Below, piece by piece: positions 40,468 to 51,225 of a DNA stretch of 64,000 nucleotides (positions within the stretch are counted from its first letter, which is position 1; each line of letters opens with the position of its first letter). The DNA is from a bacterium (GTDB taxonomy: Bacteria; UBA8248). The notes below the pieces were generated by a model. That model was not told the origin of the DNA, searched no databases, and saw nothing but the letters and a program-made list of their open reading frames with translations. The stretch is from assembly GCA_965213625.1 (NCBI GenBank), contig CBDBZU010000004.1, positions 736,001 through 800,000 on the forward strand. Direction: 5' to 3'. Position numbers and translations under genes: made by a program.

Positions 40468-41940
40468 TCACAATGGTGGGAGTGCTTTGTGATGCGAAGT
40501 TGCTCTTTCGAATGCCGTTGCTGCTTGAAGAATGGTTTTTTCAGCAAATGGTTTTCCTACCAATTGAAGCCCTATGGGCAGCCCTCTTGAAGTGAATCCG
40601 CATGGTTGGCTGATTCCGGGAAGACCGGCCAAATTGCAAGGTATGGTTAAAATATCAGAGAGATACATGCTTATGGGATCATCGAGGCGTTCACCAATCT
40701 CAAAAGCGGGCGTCGGAGCCGTGGCCGATAAGACCACATCGATCTTATCAAATGCGGTCTTAAAATCCTGGCAAATCAGCGTACGGACCCTTTGCGCTTT
40801 TGTATAGAAGGCGTCGTAATATCCGGAAGACAATGCATAAGTACCCAGCATAATTCGGCGTTTCACTTCATCGCCAAAACCGTTTTCTCTGCTGGTTGCG
40901 TACATGCCGGATAAAGCACCGAATTCGGAATCCCCTTCTTTACGCACGCCGAAGCGGACGCCGTCGTAGCGAGCAAGATTGCTGCTCGCCTCAGCGGGGG
41001 CGAGGATATAATAGACAGGCAAGGCATATTCGGTATGTGGGAGAGAAATTTCGATAATTTCCGCTCCTTGTTCCTCGAAGACTACAATCGCTTCTTGAAT
41101 CGCCGCCTCGACCTCAGAGTCCATCCCCTCGATGAAGTATTCTTTCGGAATACCAACCTTCAGACCGTGAACTCCGGCTTCGAGTCCTTCAGAGTAATCA
41201 GGAACCGGTTCATTGGCCGAAGTTGAGTCATGAGGGTCGTGACCGCTAACGGCACTCAATAATATGGCTGCATCTCTAATATTATTTGCAAATGGACCTA
41301 CTTGGTCCAGAGAACTGGCGAAGGCGATGAGTCCATAACGAGAAATGCGCCCGTAAGTGGGCTTCATGCCTACGACACCGCAGCATGCCGCTGGCTGGCG
41401 TATGGAGCCTCCGGTATCAGATCCGAGGGAAACGACGCAGGAGCGTGCTGCGACAGCGGCGGCGGACCCACCGCTGCTGCCTCCAGGGATGGTTTTCAGG
41501 TCCCATGGATTGTGGGTCGGCCCGAACGCACTTTGCTCGCACGATGAGCCCATGGCGAATTCGTCCATGTTCAACTTGCCGAGTATGACCGCGCCTGCAT
41601 CCTTCAGCCGAGCGACGGCGGAGGCGTCATACGGGGCTTTAAAATTTCCCAGAAACCGAGAAGCGCAAGTGGTCTTAGTCCCTTTCATGCATAAAAGGTC
41701 TTTTATTGCTACGGGGACTCCAAGAAGAAGAGAATCATGCTCTCCTGTTCTTATTTTTTGGTCGGCGACGCGGGCGGCGCTAATGGCGTCATTTCCAAGA
41801 ACACTCAAATAGGCATGCACGCTATCTTCGGTTTCGTCGATGCGTTCAAGATATGCCTTGGTCAGTTCCTCGGCGCTGAATTCTTTGGCTCTTAAGTTTT
41901 CTGCGATTTCAGTGACGCTGAGAGAAAGCAGTTCGTTCAT
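40468..41940 (-). CDS. gatA: Asp/Glu-tRNA amidotransferase subunit A
   Basis: [37 protein letters not shown]; AGGAG RBS. Confidence 0.98.
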   Translation of the reverse strand: MNELLSLSVTEIAENLRAKEFSAEELTKAYLERIDETEDSVHAYLSVLGNDAISAARVADQKIRTGEHDSLLLGVPVAIKDLLCMKGTKTTCASRFLGNFKAPYDASAVARLKDAGAVILGKLNMDEFAMGSSCEQSAFGPTHNPWDLKTIPGGSSGGSAAAVAARSCVVSLGSDTGGSIRQPAACCGVVGMKPTYGRISRYGLIAFASSLDQVGPFANNIRDAAILLSAVSGHDPHDSTSANEPVPDYSEGLEAGVHGLKVGIPKEYFIEGMDSEVEAAIQEAIVVFEEQGAEIIEISLPHTEYALPVYYILAPAEASSNLARYDGVRFGVRKEGDSEFGALSGMYATSRENGFGDEVKRRIMLGTYALSSGYYDAFYTKAQRVRTLICQDFKTAFDKIDVVLSATAPTPAFEIGERLDDPISMYLSDILTIPCNLAGLPGISQPCGFTSRGLPIGLQLVGKPFAEKTILQAATAFERATSHHKALPPL

Positions 41941-42128
41941 TAGCACTCCTTATCGATGTGCCCATCAGTCCGTGTTGATTGAGAGAAAACACCAACAGCG
42001 GACGGCTCGTCAAACGCGAATCACCAGAAATTTCAACGGTGCATCGAAATACTGCCGTCCTTGATGAAGAAAGCCCGATGTTCGATATGACTCATTGTCC
42101 ATTGAGGCCTATGATTTTCATTTTTTCT

Positions 42129-42881
42129 TCATGGGCGCCGAAGTAAAAAAGTGGCGTAACCGAGAAGCTGTTTTCCGCCGCCGTTGTGGTAGATTTCGAG
42201 ATCCTGTTGCCATCTATCAAGCGTATTCTGGGCTTCACGTGAGTCTGCATATTCAAGCCGATTCTCCAGGATGGAACGTGCTTGCGGGGCAAGAAAGGAT
42301 TCCCAGGCGTTTTCCGTTTCATGTTCAACAAATTCGACGCCATATCCCTTCTCCGTGAGGTGAGCCCAAAATTCTTCTACGTCAATAGGCTCACAGGGAA
42401 GGTAGGCATCTAGCCAATTTATCAATCCCTCGGAGAGGATATTTTCATCTTCTGATTTCCAGACCAGGTCAGAATAAACTATCCACCCCCCGGGTTTCAC
42501 TATCCGAGTTAATCTTTTTATTTTGCTTGTTGATCTCGAGGGATGAGCCGGTCCGCACAAAAGCGCCAGATCGAAATAATCATCATCAAATGGAAAGTCA
42601 TCGTTCGCGTGCGTCAGCAAATCTATGAGATGGGACAAATCTTCGAATAAAATTCGCCGCCTTCCATCTTCCACGAACTCGGGCCGATCATCTAGACCGA
42701 TTGCCGAACATCCAAACATTTGTGCGAGCGAAATGACACATCCTCCCTTCCCGCACGATGCGTCGAAAACCAGATAATCTGCCGACAATCCGGTATGCTC
42801 ACCAATCTTTTTAAGAGTGTCCACCGAGATGGGAACGAGGAATTGATTGTGTTTGAAACGCTCAAACAAGTCAGGTTGCAT
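42129..42881 (-). CDS. Class I SAM-dependent methyltransferase
   Basis: DASCGKG, FPFDDDYFD, VKPGGW. Confidence 0.8.
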   Translation of the reverse strand: MQPDLFERFKHNQFLVPISVDTLKKIGEHTGLSADYLVFDASCGKGGCVISLAQMFGCSAIGLDDRPEFVEDGRRRILFEDLSHLIDLLTHANDDFPFDDDYFDLALLCGPAHPSRSTSKIKRLTRIVKPGGWIVYSDLVWKSEDENILSEGLINWLDAYLPCEPIDVEEFWAHLTEKGYGVEFVEHETENAWESFLAPQARSILENRLEYADSREAQNTLDRWQQDLEIYHNGGGKQLLGYATFLLRRP

Positions 42882-42902
42882 GAATCGGGCTTGAAAGAAG
42901 TC

Positions 42903-43010
42903 TTAAAAAATCGATAGGCCGATTAAATCAAGCATCAAAATTATCGTGCTCAAGCCCAAAATTCCACCAATGACGAGGGCAAACAATCCGAAAAGTTTTC
43001 CGTACACCAT
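42903..43010 (-). CDS. 35-aa single-pass membrane protein
   Basis: MVYGKLFGLFALVIGGILGLSTIILMLDLIGLSIF*; GGGAG RBS; fills the gap between co-oriented genes. Confidence 0.65.
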   Translation of the reverse strand: MVYGKLFGLFALVIGGILGLSTIILMLDLIGLSIF

Positions 43011-43041
43011 GACTGCTTTCTCCCAACTAGTAGAACGATGG

Positions 43042-43971
43042 CTATTTCTTTTTGGTTTTTCCCTTTGTCGATGTTTTGGCAGGCTGAGACTTGCTAATCT
43101 GCATGAACACCTTGCCGTCTTTCAGTACAGTAACACTTCCCGTGGACTCGCTGATAGCGAATGAAATGGCTGTGCTGACTTCCGTTATACCCGCTCCGGC
43201 CATATGACGCGAACCCAACCCAGGGGGCAAATCATTTTCAGGCGCCGCGTTTAGGTGACGACCGGCGGCTTCGATGATCCCGTCTCCACGAATGACGAAT
43301 GCGCCGTCAATGGCGCTGAATTCCTTAATGGTTTCGCGCAGGGCCGGGTCCATAATATTTCTTTGCTCTTCCGGGTATCCATGGAAGGGATTAATGACGA
43401 GCTAGCGTGAATACTGCAGCACCAGATCATGGTCTCCCAGAACAAAAAGCGCACCGCGGGGTTTTCCTTCCCTTCCTTCGGCGCCAAGTTCCAGAGCGAG
43501 CGATAAGACCGTTTCAAACACTTTGGGGTCTACGCCCTCGACAGCGCTTTGCGTTTCCGATGTCTGGAGCATTTCTTTTTCGCGATCCAAATGAAAGACC
43601 ATGAGGGTGTCAATTTCTTCGTTCTCAGGTAAGCCTGAAAGGCATACCACGGTGTCATTTTGCGTGATGGAGCCTTCGCTCAATGCGATGACAACGCCCA
43701 TCTTGATGATGTCGATTCGGTTCAGGGATAGGGCAGGTAATTGCATGACCTTGCAATCCCGTTTTTCCAATTCTTCGTAGAGATCGGGGGAGCAGGTGGT
43801 AGCAAAGTGTTCCACACCAATAGGGAGGTCCATCAAGGCGTCGAGGTCCTTCATCGCGTCAGCATGAATGAAAATCGCTTTGGCATCCAGTTCATTGCAG
43901 ATTTGTGAAGCCGCGGCAATGATGCTTTCGCTGAGGCCGGCTTGTTTTTCGGCCGTTTCTCTCACCTTCAT
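43042..43971 (-). pseudogene. Diadenylate cyclase (DacZ-like, DisA_N domain) with in-frame TAG at 43402-43404
   Basis: EGREGKPRGALFV..QYSR*LVINPFHGY..IDGAFVI..GLGSRHMA; both halves are in one frame. Confidence 0.85.
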
Positions 43972-45512
43972 CCCTTTCCTTCCAGTGCTACGTAGAATGT
44001 CGTGCCTCGCCGTTCGATTACAAGCAGATTTCCTTTATTTTCTCCTTTTTTCAGCGCTTCTCGCAACTGTTCCGTATCGGCAATTGCTTTGCGATTGGCT
44101 TCTACAATCAAGTCGCCTCGTCGCAAACCGGCCAAAGCCGCGGGACTATCTGGCAATACGTTGGAGATGACAACGCCCTTCTTCGATTTTGCGCCGATTT
44201 GCTTTCTGAGCTCAGGTGTCAGGTCTTGGCCTTCGATTCCCAGTTTTTTCTGAAGCGCGGGTTTCGAAGCCTTCGCCGGCTCCTCCGAGGTACCGGGCAA
44301 TTTGCCGACTTGAATCTTGAAGTCGCGCTTTTTACCGTCTCGAATGATGCCGACTTTAGCCATAGAACCCGGCTTCAAATCAGCCGCGGCAAGTGAGAGT
44401 TGGCGGGGGTTTTTAATTTTTTTCTCATCGATGCTTACGATCACATCGCCTCTTTTGATGCCGGCTTTTTTCGCTGGCGCCTTTTCAATCACGTTAGAGA
44501 CCAGGGCGCCATGGGTTTCTTTCAGGCCCAATTCCTTTGCCAGACTTTCATTGACGGGTTGAATGGATACGCCCAGAAATCCACGGGTAACGACTCCCTT
44601 GCGTAGTTGAGGGAGCAGTTTCTTCGCTATATTAATCGGTATCGCGAATCCAATACCGATATTTCCGCCGCCCCTGCTGAAAATGGCGGTATTGATGCCC
44701 ACGACGTTTCCATTCAAATCGAAGAGTGGCCCACCACTGTTTCCCGGATTGATGGAGGCGTCGGTTTGGATAAAGTTGTCAAATCGACTTGAGCCGATAA
44801 CCCGCCCCTTGGCGCTCACGATTCCGGCCGTCACCGTATGGGATAGGCCAAATGGATTTCCGATGGCCATCACCCAGTCGCCTACGCGAAGTTTTTCGCT
44901 GTCCCCGAGATTCACCGCGGTGAACGTATCTCCGGGTTTCGTTTCCACCTGGAGAAGCGCGATATCGGTTTGGGGGTCGCGGCCCACGACCTTCGCTTTT
45001 CTTTTCCTTTTGTCTTTGAAGCGAACCGTTATTTTCGATGCATTCTTGACGACATGATTGTTCGTCACGACAAGGCCGTTATCGGTCACGATGAAGCCCG
45101 AACCCAGGTTCTGCTGTCTGGGCTGTGGGCGTAAGCCGCCACGTGGTCCGCGGCGGAAGGGCCCTTCGTGAAAACGCCTGAAGAATTCGTTCCACAAATC
45201 ACCCGGAAATCCTGGAAATTCGCCCCTTGAACTCGTTTCGACTTTGGTTTCCGTGCTGATATTCACCACGGCGGGGCTTAGCTTTTCCGCCAACCCGGCC
45301 AGGGACGGCAGCTTTCCCGCACTGACTGCGGATTGGGCGTTCACCGGCGCGATGAGCAAGCCCAGGCCGAACAATAGCGTGACGTAGAGGGAGGTCGCTC
45401 CCACCGACTTGTATTTGGGCAGATAAAGAGATTTCCGCATTTTTTTCCCTTCTCTATGCATCAAATGTTCTGGCGGCGACAAACACCACATCACTGGTTT
45501 TAGATATACCAA
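43968..45512 (-). CDS. degP: DegP/HtrA (Do family) serine endoprotease
   Basis: TNNHVV, DIALL, TDASINPGNSGGPL, two PDZ domains; true start is probably downstream of 45512. Confidence 0.95.
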   Translation of the reverse strand: MVYLKPVMWCLSPPEHLMHREGKKMRKSLYLPKYKSVGATSLYVTLLFGLGLLIAPVNAQSAVSAGKLPSLAGLAEKLSPAVVNISTETKVETSSRGEFPGFPGDLWNEFFRRFHEGPFRRGPRGGLRPQPRQQNLGSGFIVTDNGLVVTNNHVVKNASKITVRFKDKRKRKAKVVGRDPQTDIALLQVETKPGDTFTAVNLGDSEKLRVGDWVMAIGNPFGLSHTVTAGIVSAKGRVIGSSRFDNFIQTDASINPGNSGGPLFDLNGNVVGINTAIFSRGGGNIGIGFAIPINIAKKLLPQLRKGVVTRGFLGVSIQPVNESLAKELGLKETHGALVSNVIEKAPAKKAGIKRGDVIVSIDEKKIKNPRQLSLAAADLKPGSMAKVGIIRDGKKRDFKIQVGKLPGTSEEPAKASKPALQKKLGIEGQDLTPELRKQIGAKSKKGVVISNVLPDSPAALAGLRRGDLIVEANRKAIADTEQLREALKKGENKGNLLVIERRGTTFYVALEGKG

Positions 45513-45708
45513 AGTTCCATCTGTGTGAAAATCGGCAAATAGCTGAAAAAAGATTGATTATCACATTCACACGGGCTCATGCGGCTGAAAAGGGGGTTTT
45601 CCAGGTCATCCGCATCGACGCGGGACGAGCGGAGGGATATCCTCTCCACCGTCCGGGCAGGTCCGGCCGCGATGTCATCCGGGAGAGTTTCTTGAAAAAG
45701 ATGAGCGC

Positions 45709-46584
45709 ATGAGTCTCGAATCCCAAACCATCCTGCTGGCCATTTCGGCGGCTTTCGTAAGTGCTGCGACGAACATCACCTTCGCGCCCGCCTTGCGGCA
45801 GATGGGTTCGTTCGCCCTGGCGCAGTTCAACAACCTGGGCAACACCTTGATGCTCGGGGCCATCGGATACTGGCTGTACGAGCCGGGGAGTTACCGCTGG
45901 GAGGCGTTCGCCTGGTTCGGCGTTCTGGGCGTGATGAACTACAGCATCAACCGCTGGGTCTTCTACACCGGCATGAACATCGTCGGCCCCGCGCGCCACA
46001 TCACCATCACGAGCATGGTTCCGCTTCCCAGCCTGTTTCTGGCGGTCATTTTTCTGGGCGAAGAACCCGGCCTCTGGGTATTGTTCGGAACGCTGCTCGT
46101 CGTCTGCGGCATAGTCGCCGTGAGCTATGAGCCCTCGGGCGGCAGGTGGTTCCGCGTGGGTATCGGCTGGTCGCTCATGAGCATGCTCATGCTGGTGGGC
46201 AGCGCGTTCATGCGCAAGCAGGGCATGTCCTACATGGCGGCGCCCGCCCTGCTCACCGCGTGGTCGGCCATGGTCGCCATCCCCACCTCGGAGGGCTTGC
46301 GGCATTTTCTGCCGAAGCGTTATTTCGAATGGGGTTCGAAGCGCTATCTTCCCCTGCTGGTGTTCGGGACGATCACGAACGGGCTGATGCAAATCCTCAT
46401 CAACCTCTCGCTCAAGGGTAAACTCTCGCTGGCGGTGCCCATCCTGAGCAGCACGCCGATTTTCGCCTTGTGCCTTTCCGCGTTGTTTTTACGGGACATA
46501 GAGCGACTGAACGCGCGCGTGGTGGTGGGCATATGCATCGCCGTGCTGGGAATCGTGGCCGTGAGCATCGGCAGGCACGGCTAA
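45709..46584 (+). CDS. EamA/DMT transporter
   Basis: Hydrophobic two-repeat protein, AVIFLGE. Confidence 0.88.
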   Translation: MSLESQTILLAISAAFVSAATNITFAPALRQMGSFALAQFNNLGNTLMLGAIGYWLYEPGSYRWEAFAWFGVLGVMNYSINRWVFYTGMNIVGPARHITITSMVPLPSLFLAVIFLGEEPGLWVLFGTLLVVCGIVAVSYEPSGGRWFRVGIGWSLMSMLMLVGSAFMRKQGMSYMAAPALLTAWSAMVAIPTSEGLRHFLPKRYFEWGSKRYLPLLVFGTITNGLMQILINLSLKGKLSLAVPILSSTPIFALCLSALFLRDIERLNARVVVGICIAVLGIVAVSIGRHG

Positions 46585-46591
46585 CCCGGCC

Positions 46592-47461
46592 ATGGACAAC
46601 ACGATGGGAATCGTCTGGGCGCTGGCCGCGGCCGTCATGGCGGCGTTCACGGGGGTTCTCGCCGCGCGGCCCTTGCGCCACATGGGCCTGATGTCCGCCA
46701 CCCTGCTCACGAACGTGTTCAACATGCTCGTCCTGGGCCTGTTCGGCTGGTGGGAATTCGACCCCGCCGACGTCTCGCTCGAAGGCATGCTCTGGTTCGC
46801 CCTGCTGGGCGTCACGGCCTACAGCTACGGGCGCCTGGTGTACTACAAGGCCATCGACGCCATCGGCCCGCCCCGGCTCATGACCCTCATGAGCACATCC
46901 CCTCTGCTGAGCCTCTCCCTGGCCGTCCTGTTCCTGGGCGAGCAGCCCGGCCCCGCCGTTCTGGGGGGCACCGGCCTCGTGGTGGCGGGCGTCATCCTGG
47001 TGAGCTACGAACCCGCCCGGGGGCGCTGGTTCCAGCCGGCGATACTCTGGGGGTTCGCGAGCGCTATCTCGCTGGGCGTGAGCGTCTTCATCCGCAAGAA
47101 GGGCCTGGACGCCATGCCGAGCATCGCCCTCACGGTCGCGTGGTCGAACATGGTGAGCATCCCCATCATCTATGGCCTGAGATACCTCTCACCCCCCAGG
47201 ATGTTCGACTGGGGGCCGCGCTGGGCGGTTGTGACCATCATCGTGGTCGGCGTGCTGAACTCGGGCAACCAGCTCCTCTACAACCTCGCCATCATCAATT
47301 CAGACATCAGCGTCGTCGGCCCCATCATCGCTTCAATGCCAATCTTTTCAGTGATTTTCACCGTCCTCATGCTGCGCGATATGACCCGCGTACGCCCCCG
47401 CCTCGTCTGTGGCGTATTGGTCACGGTGGCGGGCATGGCCGCCGTCGCGCTGGGCCGCTGA
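46592..47461 (+). CDS. EamA/DMT transporter (tandem paralogue)
   Basis: Shares AVLFLGE.PG and VSYEP..GRWF with the upstream gene. Confidence 0.88.
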   Translation: MDNTMGIVWALAAAVMAAFTGVLAARPLRHMGLMSATLLTNVFNMLVLGLFGWWEFDPADVSLEGMLWFALLGVTAYSYGRLVYYKAIDAIGPPRLMTLMSTSPLLSLSLAVLFLGEQPGPAVLGGTGLVVAGVILVSYEPARGRWFQPAILWGFASAISLGVSVFIRKKGLDAMPSIALTVAWSNMVSIPIIYGLRYLSPPRMFDWGPRWAVVTIIVVGVLNSGNQLLYNLAIINSDISVVGPIIASMPIFSVIFTVLMLRDMTRVRPRLVCGVLVTVAGMAAVALGR

Positions 47462-47488
47462 GGTGCTCGGTCCTCGATTTTCACCCCG

Positions 47489-48074
47489 GCATTTCCCCGC
47501 ATTTGCCGTCATCGCGGGGGGCGCAAGCCATGGCAGTATTCCCCTGCGCCCGGATTCCGCGGCGTCAAATCCCAGGCATTTAATTTACAGATATTTACCG
47601 AAATACCCCGTGAATTTATCTATATTTATCGAAATTTTCAGGAATTATTATTTGCATTTTACGCCTTCCGCGTCTCGCCCGAGCGCCCCCCCGGTTCCTT
47701 CGAGCGGCGCCCCTTCCGCCGCCTGAAAAACGAAGACCGACGGACGCCCTCTCCAGCATACCCCATCGACACGAAAGTCCCCGACGGCAACTGCGGGCAA
47801 TTGCGGATCGAAAGCGGCCGGGGAAGTCGCTTCCGACCGAGGAGGGAGCGAGCGTTTGCCGGGTGAGGAGAGGTCCGTTTTATCCGGACGCGCCAGGGCG
47901 CTTCTCCATCCTACGTGAAATCTCATCGTGCCCCACGGCGGCAATTGCGGGGAATTACGTGTCGGTTTCGAGTGAAGAGGAAGAAATCGACACGGCCATG
48001 CCGGGGTTGTTGGAAAAACCCCTCGCCTGGGGTGTCGCTTTTACCCCCCTGTTAAGAGGCTGTTGAAAAAGTCC
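47489..48074. repeat. Intergenic repeat mosaic plus two orphan IS-end-like motifs
   Basis: Blocks shared with 37062-37455; GGGTTGTTGGAAAAACCCC at ~48004 and GAGGCTGTTGAAAAAGTCC at 48056. Confidence 0.7.
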
Positions 48075-48121
48075 TTTTCGGTCGGGTGTGATCCCTCAAA
48101 GGTCTTGCAGTTCACTCCCCG

Positions 48122-49129
48122 CTATGACGCCCCGTCGTCTCCGGCGAAGAACGCGGCTATCTTGCCGAGCGAGGCGGGGATGTCCACGTCCCACTGGCGG
48201 TTCGAGCCGCCGCCGGTGTGGGGCAGCAGCACGGCGTTCGGCATCCCGATGAGCGGGCTGTCCGCAGGCAGGGGTTCGTAGCGATAGACGTCGAGCCCGG
48301 CCATGGCGATCTCGCCCGTCCGGAGCGCACCCGCCAGCGCCGCTTCATCCACGAGCGCACCCCGGCCTACGTTGATGAGGGTGGCCGTATTCTTCATGCG
48401 CGCGAGCTCGCCGGCGCCAATCATCCCCTCGCTTTCTTCGGTGTGCGGCAGGACGAGCACGAGATAATCGACGCTCTCGAGAAGTTCGTTAAATTCCAGA
48501 TACGCGGCCTGGTGCTGCGCCTCCACATCCGGCGTGTGGCGCGTGCGCTGGTGGTAGAAGATTTTCATGTCGAAGGCCGCGCAGCGTCTGGCGATGTCCA
48601 TGCCGATGTCGCCCAGGCCGATGATGCCCACGCTCCGGCCGAACAGCTCGGCGACGCCCTCTATCTCCGGCCAGTTGGGCCGGATGTTCCACTGGCTGGT
48701 GGCGACGGGTTCCAGCCCCATCTCGCGGTAGACGCCCGCCTCGACCGCCTTCTGGCCGAGAATCGTCTTGCGCTCGCAGCAGAGCATGAGGACGAGGGCC
48801 TGCTCGGCCACCGTGGCGTTCCGCATGAGCGACTGCGTGCCGACGGGGATGCCGCGCTCGCGCGCCGCGTCCAGGGCGATGTTCTTGCTGTTCAGCCCGT
48901 GCTTCTGGATGTAGCGGAGACGCCCGGCCGCGCGGATGACGGAAGCGGGGAGCGCCGCCTTGTAGGTGAGGACCGCCTCGGCTTCGGGCGCCAGCGCCAG
49001 GAGGGCGCCCTCGTCCGCGGTCTCGGGCGCCGTAATCTCGAAAGGCGCGGCGGCGGGGTTCGCCTTCACCCGCTTGAGAAAATTGCCCGACGCCCCGTCC
49101 GTGACGAGCAGGCGTATCTTGTCGCTCAT
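48122..49129 (-). CDS. D-isomer specific 2-hydroxyacid dehydrogenase
   Basis: GIIGLGDIG, INVGRG, LDVYRYEP, LPHTGG. Confidence 0.93.
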   Translation of the reverse strand: MSDKIRLLVTDGASGNFLKRVKANPAAAPFEITAPETADEGALLALAPEAEAVLTYKAALPASVIRAAGRLRYIQKHGLNSKNIALDAARERGIPVGTQSLMRNATVAEQALVLMLCCERKTILGQKAVEAGVYREMGLEPVATSQWNIRPNWPEIEGVAELFGRSVGIIGLGDIGMDIARRCAAFDMKIFYHQRTRHTPDVEAQHQAAYLEFNELLESVDYLVLVLPHTEESEGMIGAGELARMKNTATLINVGRGALVDEAALAGALRTGEIAMAGLDVYRYEPLPADSPLIGMPNAVLLPHTGGGSNRQWDVDIPASLGKIAAFFAGDDGAS

Positions 49130-49299
49130 GTGCTCTCCAAGTGCTGTATGTGTGATGAAGGCGGTGAAGCGGTTTTTTTAGCATAGATGGGGGGTGGGGT
49201 GCTATTGGTGGGTGCCGAGTGATGAGGGGCTGCTTGAACGGGGGTGGGGGGTGATTTAAGCTGTGGCTCCCGCCCGGAGGGAGCTGAGAGCAAGGTAGA

Positions 49300-50618
49300 A
49301 TGATGCAGATTCCGAACTGGTTGAAAAACCCGCTCATAGTATTGTTGGTTTCTTTTCTAACCATAATGCTGACGGCTTTTGTAAGCGTGATGGTTTCAAA
49401 GTGCGCTCATGATTGGATCGGCGGACTCCTTGGCTTATTCGGCGAAGATAACAAAAATGAAATTCTAAAATTCCTGGGTATTGGAATGGGCGGTATTCTG
49501 CTTGCCATTCAAGCGGTGCTGTCTTACATCCGAGCCAAGGCGATGGAGGACGCAGCGAAAGCACAAGCTGATGCTACGAAACAACAGGCCAAGGCCAACC
49601 AGAACGCTGAGAAGGGCTTGCGGCAGGAGCGCCTGAAAAATGCCTCGAACACCTGGGCCACGAATCGGATTCCGTGCGCCTGGGCGGAGCCTACGAACTC
49701 TTCCATCTGGCGGAGGATACCGAAAATCTACGGCAAACCGTGCTTGACATTCTCTGCGCCCACATACGCAGGACGACAGGCGAGGCCGAATATCGGGAAA
49801 AACACAGGTCGAAGCCCTCGGAGGAAATCCAGAGTCTACTAACTCTACTGTTTGTACAAGAGCACAAGGTATTCAAGGGTCTTCAAATCAACTTGCAGGG
49901 AAGCTGGCTGAACAAGGCCAATCTCCGGGAAGCGCACTTGGAAGCGGCGAATCTGGTTGGTGCGTGTCTAAAAGGAACTGAACTTCAAGATGCACATCTA
50001 CAAGGGGCTAATCTTGAGGTTTCACAGTTGCAAAGGGCTAATCTTGAAGACGCACAGTTACAAGGAGCTGATCTTAGAGAGGCGCAATTGCAAGAGGCTG
50101 TTTTTGGTTTTGCACATTTGGAAGGGGCTTGTCTTTGGAGGGCACTACTGCAAGGCAGTGTTCTTGGTTGTGCATATTTGCAAGGGGCAATGCTCAGAAG
50201 GGCGGATTTGCAAGGAGCTGAACTTGGAGGAGCGTATTTGCAAGGGGCTGATCTTAGTGTAGCGCGTATGCAAGGGGCTGCTCTTCGGGGTGCGATTTTG
50301 AAAGGAGTGATAACAAGTGCTGGGCTGTGGCCTTTCGGGAGGTTTATAGAACACATCAGGGGGGCAATCGGTCAGCAGAGCGACCTATCCGGGGTGATTT
50401 TTTCAGGTGGTTTAAGTCAGGGAAGAGTAGACTTCCTCGTCAAAGGGTTGTCCGACGAAGGAGCAAAAAAGTTGCGAAAGATATTGGAGCCTCACATCGG
50501 TAAGCCTACAAGCCATGAACTGCCGGAAAACAGCGGCGCCATTACAGGAGCCTACACCGAAGCAGAAGCCGAAGAATGGATTGCCGAGTACGATAAGGCG
50601 ATGTCGCAGACCGACTAA
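49300..50618 (+). pseudogene. Membrane-anchored pentapeptide-repeat protein, frameshifted near 49645
   Basis: AATGCC(A)TCGAACAC restores RLKNAIEHLGHESDSVRLGGAY and joins the two ORFs; many A(D/N)L..A.LQG pentapeptides. Confidence 0.82.
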
Positions 50619-51223
50619 AGAGCTATCAAAAAATCACGCACCTCATCGAACGCTTCATGATCAAAATCCCAAACACCTTGTTGCGCCGCCACGCCTACGG
50701 AATGGTGCGGGTTGGGTTTCGTCGTCAAAAAGGCGAAGGCGCGTGTCTTGTCCCGGTTTGTAATGGACACGTTCGGCGAAGCCTCTACGCATGAGAAAAA
50801 ATCGTCGATGCAGTGATCCACTTCCGAACCTAGAAATGTCCGGCAAAGAAGCGTTTCGAGCATGCCCGGAGAACTCTCATTGGGCAGGATGAGCACGCTT
50901 ACATCCGGGTTCCCGTTTTGCCGTTCTCCCGCTTTGGAGGGGACTGGTAGGTTTACCTTACCGAGCGATCCCTGAATACTCTGGAATGAGTTTTGCGCAG
51001 AATCCTCTGCGTCGCGCACGATGCCAAGACTTGAGATGGAATTAAAATCCGGCGCCTTTACGAATGCAGGTAGAAAGACTCTCAACTCGTTTCCGCCTCC
51101 GTAATTTTGTATCTGAATATCTGGAAGCGAACGAGTTCTGATGAGCGCCTCGAAAAAGTTTCGTTGGTCGTTGCCCTCGACGAGAAGCTGCTTCGGCCTT
51201 TCAATCCGCTCATGTTGCGCCAT
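50615..51223 (-). CDS. DUF3226-like (TOPRIM-like) protein
   Basis: LLVEGNDQ, GIVRDAED, PGMLETL; starts 2 nt after the ATPase stop. Confidence 0.8.
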   Translation of the reverse strand: MAQHERIERPKQLLVEGNDQRNFFEALIRTRSLPDIQIQNYGGGNELRVFLPAFVKAPDFNSISSLGIVRDAEDSAQNSFQSIQGSLGKVNLPVPSKAGERQNGNPDVSVLILPNESSPGMLETLLCRTFLGSEVDHCIDDFFSCVEASPNVSITNRDKTRAFAFLTTKPNPHHSVGVAAQQGVWDFDHEAFDEVRDFLIAL

Positions 51224-51225
51224 GA

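Noticed and set aside
43402-43404. Pyrrolysine codon in the DAC gene
   Set aside because: No pyl genes in the window; a single C>T change from Gln explains it.
49900-50310. Tandem DNA repeat (TTGCAAGGGGC-like, 30-bp period)
   Set aside because: Explained by pentapeptide-repeat coding.
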